DNA of 64,000 nucleotides from Candidatus Multivoradales bacterium (lineage in GTDB: Bacteria > Acidobacteriota > Thermoanaerobaculia > Multivoradales > J023): the NCBI GenBank assembly GCA_965248925.1, contig CBDFLE010000006.1:1408001-1472000 (forward strand), given 5' to 3'. Shown here in pieces: positions 8,972 to 16,853 of the stretch; within the stretch, counting starts at the first letter, position 1, and the number at the start of each line of letters is the position of its first letter. Under the pieces are notes generated by a model. The model had not been told where the DNA came from. It did not search any database and saw only the letters and a program-made list of their open reading frames with translations. The translations under genes and the position numbers were made by a program.

Positions 8972-9835
8972 ATGCAGAGACTATCGATCACCCTGTCGGC
9001 GCTGATCCTGCTGCTGGCGGCCACCGCCGCCAAAGCTGCCCCCGCCGGCTGGGAAACCGACATTGAACGCGCTTTCGAACTCGCCGCCGAGAGCGATCGC
9101 TTGTTGCTGGTCGACCTATACGCGGATTGGTGTGGCTGGTGCCGAGTGCTCGAACGCAAGGTCTTCGCCACCCCCGAGTTCAAGGCCTTCGCCAAAGATT
9201 TCGTCTTGCTCTATGTCGATGTCGAAGACGGCGCGGCAGGCACCGAGCTGCAATCCCGTTACGGTGGCAATTCCCTACCCACGGTGCTGATCCTGACTCC
9301 GAAACGCGCCCAAGCTGGCGTCGTCAATGGTTTTCAGCCGACCTCTGAGTTGATCGCCACGGTACGCCGCCAACTGCAACTCTACGATAGGTTCTTGACC
9401 CACTACGAGAGCAATCGCAGCAGCGATGATCTAGGCACCTTGCAGCGCCTGGCCGAGACCCTGCACGGGCAGAGCGACGGACGCCGCGCCGTGGTGGTCT
9501 ACCGGCGGGTCGGCGAGTTGGTGCAAGCGGGCTCGAAAGCCGATGCTTGGGTCCACTACATGCTGGCCGACGCCCACCGCCTGGACCGCTCATGGCAGCA
9601 GGCCACTACCGCCATTGGCCGGGCCCATCAGCTAGCGAGCAAGATCGGCCACAAAGACTTGAGCGAGCGGGTCGAGTTGCTGCACTACCAGATCGCTCGC
9701 GAGGCTGGAGACTGCCTGACCGCCAAGACCACCCTCGAGCGCTTTCTGCTCCAACATCCAGCGAGTAGCCACAGCCGTAGGGCACAGCGAGCACTCAATC
9801 TGATCAAGAGCGGCAACGACTCGCGCTGCACCTGA
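8972..9835 (+). CDS. Exported thioredoxin-family protein with C-terminal TPR-like helices
   Basis: Signal peptide from MQRLS; DLYADWCGWC active site; helical repeat C-terminus. Confidence 0.8.
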   Translation: MQRLSITLSALILLLAATAAKAAPAGWETDIERAFELAAESDRLLLVDLYADWCGWCRVLERKVFATPEFKAFAKDFVLLYVDVEDGAAGTELQSRYGGNSLPTVLILTPKRAQAGVVNGFQPTSELIATVRRQLQLYDRFLTHYESNRSSDDLGTLQRLAETLHGQSDGRRAVVVYRRVGELVQAGSKADAWVHYMLADAHRLDRSWQQATTAIGRAHQLASKIGHKDLSERVELLHYQIAREAGDCLTAKTTLERFLLQHPASSHSRRAQRALNLIKSGNDSRCT

Positions 9836-9891
9836 GACCGCCCAGTTAGCTCTCCAGCACTCCGTCGATACCGACCGCACGAGGCAAAGGA

Positions 9892-11739
9892 ATGAAACCA
9901 GGCTCGCTCCTCAGACGCCGTCCGACCGCGCTATTCCTCATCCTGCTGACCTGGCCTTGCTGGGCCGGGCTATCCGTTGCCAGCGCCCAGGGGTTCCCGA
10001 TTCAGCACAAGGCGGGCCTCGATTTGCAAGCCAACCGCACGGCCTACCTGGCTGGCGAGACAGCGCGCGTCGCGGCGGTGGTGGAGATCGAAGACGGCTG
10101 GCATATCAACAGCTGGCAACCCCTCGACGATTTGGTAGTCGCCACCGAGCTTGACGCCATCGTGCCGGCCGACTGCCAGCCTGCGCAAATCAGCTATCCC
10201 GATCCGCACCAAAAGAAGTTTCCCTACACCGACGGCCCGATCCCGGTCTACGACGGGCGGACGATCTTCTTCGCTGATCTCGAGATACCTGCCGGCACAG
10301 GTTTGGGCAGCGTCACCGTGGACTTCAGTCTGCGCTACCAAAGCTGCGACGACAGCCAATGCCTGCCACCAGCAACCCGCGAGGCGAGCATCGAACTGAT
10401 GATCGGCAGCGGCGGCCAAGCCAACCAGCCAGAGCTCTTCGGCGAAGCCGGCACCGCCACCAGCGGCCCGTCTCTGGAGATCCCCGCGGCGGCACCCGCG
10501 GCAGCGCCAAACCTGCTGTGGATCCTGCTCCTCGGGGTGATCGGCGGCCTGATCTTGAACGCCATGCCCTGCGTGTTGCCGGTGCTGTCACTGAAAGTGT
10601 TCGGCTTGGTCAAGAGCGCCAGCCAAGGCCGCTCCCACCTGGTCGCCGGAGCCTTGGCTTCGAGCGCGGGTATCTTGGTCTCTTTCTGGGCCTTGGCGGG
10701 CGCGGCGGCATTGCTGCAAGCCGGCGGCAAGACGGTGGGCTGGGGCATCCAGTTTCAGCAGCCAGGCTTCGTCACTTTCCTGGCGGTAGTGGTGGTGCTC
10801 TTCTCGCTCAACATGTGGGGCCTGTTCGAGATTCAGCTGCCGGGCAGATTGGCGCAAGTGGGTGGCCAACCGCGCGAAGGCTTGGCCGGCCACTTCGCCT
10901 CGGGTCTATTCGCCACTCTGATGGCTACCCCTTGCTCAGCACCCTTCCTCGGCACCGCGGTGGGTTTTGCCCTCAACCAACCCGTGGGGGTGATTTTCGC
11001 CGTCTTCACCGCCGTCGGTATCGGCTTGGCCTTGCCCTATTTGCTGCTCGCCGCGGTGCCTGGCATCGCCAATTTGCTGCCCAAGCCGGGAGCGTGGATG
11101 AACACCTTACGCGGGGTGATGGGATTCCTGCTCGCAGCCGCGGCGGTGTGGTTGTTCTATATTCTCGCCGGCCAAGTGTCGAGCGAACGCCTGGCCTTCA
11201 TCCAGCTAGCTTTGCTCGCTGTCGCTCTTTGCGTCTGGCTGCAACGCCAGGCCGGTAGCAGCGGCGGGCGGCGCCTGGCCAGTGTTGCAGTAGCGGTAGC
11301 GGCGGTGCTCACCGTCGTGCTGGCTGCCGGCGCCACGGCCGACAGCAGAAGCTCGGCCACCCAGGCTTCGAAACTGATCCCCTGGACGGCATTCGACCAA
11401 GCCCAAGCCATCGACTTGGCGGCGGGCGGTCAGCTGGTGTTCGTCGACGTCACCGCCGATTGGTGCCTGACTTGCAAATTCAACGAACGCACCGTGCTCG
11501 AGACCCGCGAGGTCGCCGCAGCCTTCGACCGCCTCGGCGTGGTGCCGATGAAAGCCGACTGGACCAACCGCAGTCAGCAGATCGCTGACTACCTGGCCCA
11601 ATACGGACGGTCATCGATTCCCTTCTATGCCCTCTATCGGCCAGGCAAGGAGCCCCACGTCTTCAGTGAGCTGCTGACCAAGAGCAGAGTGCTCGGAGCC
11701 CTCGACCAAGCCTCCGCGATGGCCTCGGTCGCACCCTAG
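9892..11739 (+). CDS. dsbD: DsbD-family thiol:disulfide interchange protein
   Basis: N-terminal domain YQSCDDSQCLPP; membrane domain LNAMPCVLP and ATPCSAPFL; C-terminal thioredoxin domain VTADWCLTCK. Confidence 0.9.
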   Translation: MKPGSLLRRRPTALFLILLTWPCWAGLSVASAQGFPIQHKAGLDLQANRTAYLAGETARVAAVVEIEDGWHINSWQPLDDLVVATELDAIVPADCQPAQISYPDPHQKKFPYTDGPIPVYDGRTIFFADLEIPAGTGLGSVTVDFSLRYQSCDDSQCLPPATREASIELMIGSGGQANQPELFGEAGTATSGPSLEIPAAAPAAAPNLLWILLLGVIGGLILNAMPCVLPVLSLKVFGLVKSASQGRSHLVAGALASSAGILVSFWALAGAAALLQAGGKTVGWGIQFQQPGFVTFLAVVVVLFSLNMWGLFEIQLPGRLAQVGGQPREGLAGHFASGLFATLMATPCSAPFLGTAVGFALNQPVGVIFAVFTAVGIGLALPYLLLAAVPGIANLLPKPGAWMNTLRGVMGFLLAAAAVWLFYILAGQVSSERLAFIQLALLAVALCVWLQRQAGSSGGRRLASVAVAVAAVLTVVLAAGATADSRSSATQASKLIPWTAFDQAQAIDLAAGGQLVFVDVTADWCLTCKFNERTVLETREVAAAFDRLGVVPMKADWTNRSQQIADYLAQYGRSSIPFYALYRPGKEPHVFSELLTKSRVLGALDQASAMASVAP

Positions 11740-11813
11740 AGATCGTACGCGAAACGAGCTTCGACTAGCACCGGCGAGAGATCTTCAACCACCTGATCCG
11801 AAGGGAGTCCAAG

Positions 11814-12470
11814 ATGGGTTTCTGGAGTACCAAAGACACCAGCTTACCGAGTGCCACGGACGCCTTGCCTGGACGAGCCAGCAAGATGCCGGTCCCAGAG
11901 CGCCATTTCGTGCTCGATTCTCCCTTGGCACCGCCCTACCCGTCGGGCTGTGAGCTGGCGATGTTCGGCCTCGGTTGCTTCTGGGGTGCCGAGCGTAAGT
12001 TCTGGGAGGCTGAAGGAGTGTTGACCACCGCCGTTGGCTACGCCGCCGGCCTGACTCCCAATCCCACCTACCAAGAAGTGTGCGCTGGCAGCACCGGCCA
12101 CAACGAGGTAGTCCGAGTGGTTTTCGATCCCACACTGATCAACTTCGAACAGCTATTACAGATCTTCTGGGAAAGCCACGATCCCACCCAGGGAATGCGC
12201 CAAGGCAACGACGCCGGCACCCAATACCGCTCGGGAGTCTACACTTACGGCGACTCCCAGAAAGCCAGCGCGGAGGCATCGCAAAAGGCTTACCAGGGGC
12301 ACCTGAGCGCCGCCGACCATGGCGAGATCACCACCGAGATCCTGGCCGCCCCCGAATTCTACTTTGCTGAGGAGTACCACCAGCAATATCTGGCCAAGAA
12401 CCCCAGCGGCTATTGCGGCCTCGGCGGCACCGGCGTCAGCTGCCCGGTGGGGGTGGGCCTCAGCACTTGA
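11814..12470 (+). CDS. msrA: Peptide methionine sulfoxide reductase A
   Basis: GCFWG active site, [21 protein letters not shown]. Confidence 0.95.
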   Translation: MGFWSTKDTSLPSATDALPGRASKMPVPERHFVLDSPLAPPYPSGCELAMFGLGCFWGAERKFWEAEGVLTTAVGYAAGLTPNPTYQEVCAGSTGHNEVVRVVFDPTLINFEQLLQIFWESHDPTQGMRQGNDAGTQYRSGVYTYGDSQKASAEASQKAYQGHLSAADHGEITTEILAAPEFYFAEEYHQQYLAKNPSGYCGLGGTGVSCPVGVGLST

Positions 12471-12475
12471 CGGAG

Positions 12476-12993
12476 TCAGTCGCTCTCCTCGGTTTCTTCG
12501 GCCTTCATCCTCTGTAACTGTCGCAGGAAAGGCAGCGCCCGATGATCTTTCGGTCGATCGGCATATTCCTTGGTTTCGATGAGTGCCGGGAGGCCCAGGG
12601 ATCTGATAACCAGTCCCTCCAGCTCGTAGTCATTGCAGCGACTCACCAATTGATCGTATCGAAGCCCATCGCCCACGACTTGGAGAACGTCCAGAGAACC
12701 GAAGCGGGTCTTCAGCAGGCTGACTTTTACCGCCGCCAAACGCTGGGAATCGGGCTTGATCTCGCGCCCAGCTGGATCTCGATACAGAGCGCCAAGCGCC
12801 TCTAGAGCAGAGGACAGACGGTCGATATTCTCTGAGCTTGTCTCGTAGACGATGTCGAGATCGAGGGTAGGTAGAGGGGCTCCCTCCAGCAACGCCGCAA
12901 CGCCGCAACGCCGCCCACGACAACGAAATCGACGCCATGACGATCCAGGACAGCCAAAAGGTCGAGGAAATTATTGTCGACGTTGTCGGCCAT
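12476..12993 (-). pseudogene. Nucleotidyltransferase-fold (MNT-like) protein frameshifted by an extra 8-bp repeat unit
   Basis: N-terminal part MADN...VDFVVVGGVAA and C-terminal part LEGAPLPTLDLDIVY...RPKDHRAL lie in different frames; removing one of three GCAACGCC units (12889-12912) gives continuous GGVAALLEGAP..TLDLD. Confidence 0.8.
12889..12912. repeat. (GCAACGCC)x3 tandem repeat inside a coding region
   Basis: Read directly from the sequence. Confidence 0.9.
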
Positions 12994-13156
12994 TGCGCAG
13001 TCGAGCCACCCCGTCCACAAAATCCTGTGCCACTCTCAGACGCTCGACCGGGCTGAACTCCAACATCCAGCGAATCAGGCTGATGTCTCCCTCATCGAGT
13101 TCTTCCACACCGGGTTTCCCAGTTTTCTTCAGATTTTCTGGAACGCATTGCACCAT
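12971..13156 (-). CDS. Small partner protein of the nucleotidyltransferase (putative antitoxin-like)
   Basis: ~61 aa; DISLIRWMLEFSPVERL motif resembles small proteins found upstream of such NTases; overlaps the NTase start. Confidence 0.6.
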   Translation of the reverse strand: MVQCVPENLKKTGKPGVEELDEGDISLIRWMLEFSPVERLRVAQDFVDGVARLRNGRQRRQ

Positions 13157-13196
13157 CACTAGATCCTAGCATTCCAACGCTAGGACCCACTAGAAG

Positions 13197-14576
13197 TCAC
13201 TTCCTCGGCTTTAGCCTTGACTCGCCTTCTGCCAGACGGCGAGCCCGGCGGCGGAGTTCTTCCAGCTCTTCCAGGCGGTGGCGGATCTTGTGTTCGGTAC
13301 CGCGATCCGTCGGCCGGTAGAAGGTGGTACCGCGCAGGGCCTCTGGCAGGCAATCGAGACCGCCCACTCCATCCTCTGTATCGTGGGCATAAACATAGCC
13401 CGATCCGTACCCCTGTTCCTTCATCAGTCGAGTGGGAGCGTTGCGAATGACCTTTGGCACCGGATCAGCGGGGCGCTCGGCAACCGTCTTCTTGGCTGCC
13501 TTGTAGGCCGTGTAAACCGCGTTCGATTTCGGTGCCAAGGCGAGGTGAACGGTGGCCTGAGCCAGCGCCAACTCCCCTTCGGGCGAACCCAGACGGTGGT
13601 AGGCATCCCAGGCATCGAGAGTCCGGCCGAGGGCGCCGGGGTCGGCCAGGCCAACATCTTCACTGGCGAAACGCACCAAGCGGCGAGCGATGTAAAGCGG
13701 GTCTTCCCCCGCTTCGAGCATTCGTACCAACCAGTAGAGAGCGGCATCCGGGTGGCTCTCGCGCAACGACTTATGCAGCGCGGACATTAGATTGAAGTGC
13801 TCTTCACCGGCCTTGTCGTAGAGCAGGATCTTGCGCTGCGCCAACCGTTCCACTTGCTCCGAGCCGACTTGCCGATGGCCTGTCGAAGCAGCGTCTTCGA
13901 CCACCAACTCGAGCAAATTGAGCGCCCGCCGAGCGTCCCCAGAAGCCAATTGGGCGATCTGTGCCAAAGCAGCTGGATCGAGTTCCACGGACAGTTGACC
14001 GAGACCACGCTCGCGGTCGCTAAGCGCTCGCTGCATCAGCTCGACCAAGTCTTCCGGCCGCAATGGCTCCAACACCACCACCCGGCAGCGCGACAGCAAG
14101 GCACCGTTGAGCTGGAACGATGGATTCTCGGTGGTAGCACCCACCAAGACGATGTCGCCGCTTTCGACATAGGGCAGAAAAGCATCCTGCTGCGCACGAT
14201 TGAAACGGTGGATCTCGTCGACGAAGAGCAGCGTGCGTCGGCCGTCGGCGCGGCGAAAGCGGGCCGCGTCGGCCATCACCTGCTTGACCTCCTTGATGCC
14301 CGAGGTCACCGCACTGAAAGGCACGAAACGGAGCGAGCTACGCCGCGCCAGAATTCCCGCCAGGGTGGTCTTGCCACAGCCCGGTGGCCCCCACAGGATC
14401 AGCGATGGCAGACGATCTTCATCCAGCGCTCGAGCAAGAAATCCTTGCGACCCAAGCACTGCCCGATGGCCGACCATTTGGTCGAGGGTAAGTGGCCGCG
14501 CGCGCTCCGCCAGCGGCGTCCCGCACGGGTCGCCGCTGGTTTGCCGCGCTGAGTCGGCGATAGGTTCATCGAACAA
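13197..14576 (-). CDS. rarA: Replication-associated recombination protein A (RarA/MgsA AAA+ ATPase)
   Basis: PLAERARP, GPPGCGKTT, DEIHRFNRAQQD, GATTENPSF, ASEDVGLADP. Confidence 0.95.
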   Translation of the reverse strand: MFDEPIADSARQTSGDPCGTPLAERARPLTLDQMVGHRAVLGSQGFLARALDEDRLPSLILWGPPGCGKTTLAGILARRSSLRFVPFSAVTSGIKEVKQVMADAARFRRADGRRTLLFVDEIHRFNRAQQDAFLPYVESGDIVLVGATTENPSFQLNGALLSRCRVVVLEPLRPEDLVELMQRALSDRERGLGQLSVELDPAALAQIAQLASGDARRALNLLELVVEDAASTGHRQVGSEQVERLAQRKILLYDKAGEEHFNLMSALHKSLRESHPDAALYWLVRMLEAGEDPLYIARRLVRFASEDVGLADPGALGRTLDAWDAYHRLGSPEGELALAQATVHLALAPKSNAVYTAYKAAKKTVAERPADPVPKVIRNAPTRLMKEQGYGSGYVYAHDTEDGVGGLDCLPEALRGTTFYRPTDRGTEHKIRHRLEELEELRRRARRLAEGESRLKPRK

Positions 14577-14674
14577 GCCTGGTATGACAGAGACCTCCGA
14601 TAGGTCTCGATTCTATGCGATCAAGGGTACCAAAACAGACACCAGAATCGGCCGAGCCTAACGCTGTCCACCGC

Positions 14675-15682
14675 TTAACCGGCCTCGATCTGCCGCACCA
14701 CCGCTTCGCAAAATTGTTGGGTGCTTGCCTGGCCGCCAATATCACGAGTGGTATCCGTTGCGGCGGCGATGACCTGATAGATCGCTTTCGCCAAACGGTC
14801 GGCGATTTCCATCTCGCCGAGATGTCGCAGCATCATCACCGCCGAGCGCATCAAGGCGGTTGGATTGGCTATGCCCTGGCCAGCGATGTCAGGGGCCGAG
14901 CCGTGGACCGCCTCGAATACGGCTTCGGTTTCGCCTATGTTGCCGCCAGCTACTACACCAAGGCCACCCACCAGCCCGGCACACAGATCGGAAACGATAT
15001 CTCCATATAGGTTTTCAAGCAGCAACATGTCGTATTTCTCAGGCCGCATAACCAACTGCATGCACATATTGTCGATAATCCGGTCGTCGGCCTCAATCTC
15101 GGGGTAGTCCTCGGCGACTTTGCGGAAACAATCGAGAAACAGACCGTCAGCGAGTTTCATGATATTTGCTTTGTGTACCGCGGTAATTCGCTTGCGGCCG
15201 TGCTTGCGGGCGTACTCGAAAGCGTACTTCGACACCCTGGTCGAGGCCACCTCGGTGATCACCTTGAGGCTCTCGACCACGCCTGGGACCACCTCATGCT
15301 CGAGGCCGCGATAGAGCCCCTCGGTATTCTCTCGCACAATGACCAGGTCGACATTGCTGTAGCGACTGGCAATGCCCGGCACGGTGATCGCTGGGCGCAA
15401 GTTGGCGTAGAGCACTAGGGCGCGGCGCAGTTGCACGTTAACCGAACGAAAACCTTTGCCAACCGGAGTGGTCACCGGCCCTTTGAGACAGATCTTGTTA
15501 TGACGGATTGAGTCGAGCAACTCATTGGGCAGCGGCTCCTTGCCTCGGGCAACAGCCTCGGCGCCAGCAATATGACTGTCCCACTCGAAATCAGCTCCAG
15601 CCGCCTGTAGCACTCGCACCGTCGCCGAAGTCACCTCGGGACCAATACCGTCGCCCGGTAGCAGGGTGATGGTTCTCGACAT
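14675..15682 (-). CDS. Isocitrate/isopropylmalate dehydrogenase family protein (NAD-dependent IDH-like)
   Basis: PGDGIGPEV, RENTEG, VHKANIMK, NLYGDIVSD, EAVHGSAPDIAG. Confidence 0.9.
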   Translation of the reverse strand: MSRTITLLPGDGIGPEVTSATVRVLQAAGADFEWDSHIAGAEAVARGKEPLPNELLDSIRHNKICLKGPVTTPVGKGFRSVNVQLRRALVLYANLRPAITVPGIASRYSNVDLVIVRENTEGLYRGLEHEVVPGVVESLKVITEVASTRVSKYAFEYARKHGRKRITAVHKANIMKLADGLFLDCFRKVAEDYPEIEADDRIIDNMCMQLVMRPEKYDMLLLENLYGDIVSDLCAGLVGGLGVVAGGNIGETEAVFEAVHGSAPDIAGQGIANPTALMRSAVMMLRHLGEMEIADRLAKAIYQVIAAATDTTRDIGGQASTQQFCEAVVRQIEAG

Positions 15683-15740
15683 CGCTATCTCCTCGCCAAC
15701 CGCGGCTGGCCCAGGTAGTCAAACATTTCTAGCCTAGCTG

Positions 15741-16814
15741 TCAACCCGGCAAGTGGGCCATCTCTACTGCTTCGCCTTCGCCGCTAAACACCTGCCCCAA
15801 GGGCCGGATGCGGGCGCCATCGACAAAATCAAAACACAGATCCTCGTAGTCGAGCAGGCCAACGCTGCCGAGGTCTCGGTACAGTACGACGATCCGCGCA
15901 CCTACCCGCAGCAAATCGCCAGCGGCTAGCGATGAGTCCCACGAGCTGCTACCTCTCAGATCGACCCAACGCCAGTCGAGTTCGTCGATTCGGCTGCCAG
16001 CTTCCGCTAGCAGGTCTCGCAGCACCGTAGCGCGGTTGAAGGCCAGACCTTGACCGGCCAAGCGCGCTACCGCTCTGAGTTGTTCGGCTGGTGCCCCCAC
16101 CGCGGTCTCGAACTGAGTCAAGCCGAAGACTCGCGACACCTCGCGCAAGCGACCGGGCAGCAGCAAGCGTACGGTCGGGAATCGATCGATCTCGGCGAAA
16201 AGTTTCTCAGCGCCCCACGAAGAGACGATCTGCCCTGGCACCAGCTTGTCCTGCTCGCGCCAAATTTCGACCCTGACTTGGTAGCGCAGGGTGCCAAACT
16301 GCTGCCGATCGGTCAGCGCGCCGGCGATTTCAATCTGGTTGTCGTGGGCAGCGTCGATCTCACCCGGCACACTCCAAGCAGTCGGCCAATCCGCCCGTAA
16401 CAGCTCCTCGACTTCCAGCTCGACTTCGCTGCTGGCAGTGAGCGCGACAAAGGGACGTCGCCCCTCGACAGTGAACCAGCGCACCCGCGCTTCGAGCGGT
16501 CGATCCCACTGCCGCAACTGGGCGGCGGGGATCTCGCGGCCGGCGATGCTCAGCCGTTTGGCCTCGGTGTAGTAAACCGATTCGCCCTGGCGGTCTCGAG
16601 CTTCGAGCACGGCGTGCAAGCGGAAAGCAGTTCCTGCTTGGACTTCAATTGGGCCCACTTCGGCCAACGGGTTGTCCTCGACTGCAATAGCGACCCAGGC
16701 GGCTGTCGGCTGGGGCGCCAAGCGTTGCTCAATGGCCGGCTGCATCCACAGCAGGACCCATGCCAAAACGATCACCGTTCCTGCAGCCAGGAGAATTTTA
16801 GAGCGTGAGTCCAT
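15741..16814 (-). CDS. Hypothetical protein with an N-terminal membrane anchor
   Basis: 357-aa ORF in the same run of minus-strand genes; hydrophobic N-terminal helix. Confidence 0.65.
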   Translation of the reverse strand: MDSRSKILLAAGTVIVLAWVLLWMQPAIEQRLAPQPTAAWVAIAVEDNPLAEVGPIEVQAGTAFRLHAVLEARDRQGESVYYTEAKRLSIAGREIPAAQLRQWDRPLEARVRWFTVEGRRPFVALTASSEVELEVEELLRADWPTAWSVPGEIDAAHDNQIEIAGALTDRQQFGTLRYQVRVEIWREQDKLVPGQIVSSWGAEKLFAEIDRFPTVRLLLPGRLREVSRVFGLTQFETAVGAPAEQLRAVARLAGQGLAFNRATVLRDLLAEAGSRIDELDWRWVDLRGSSSWDSSLAAGDLLRVGARIVVLYRDLGSVGLLDYEDLCFDFVDGARIRPLGQVFSGEGEAVEMAHLPG

Positions 16815-16853
16815 TGGCTATAAGCCCGCGTCTGGAAATACCAAGATCAGCGA

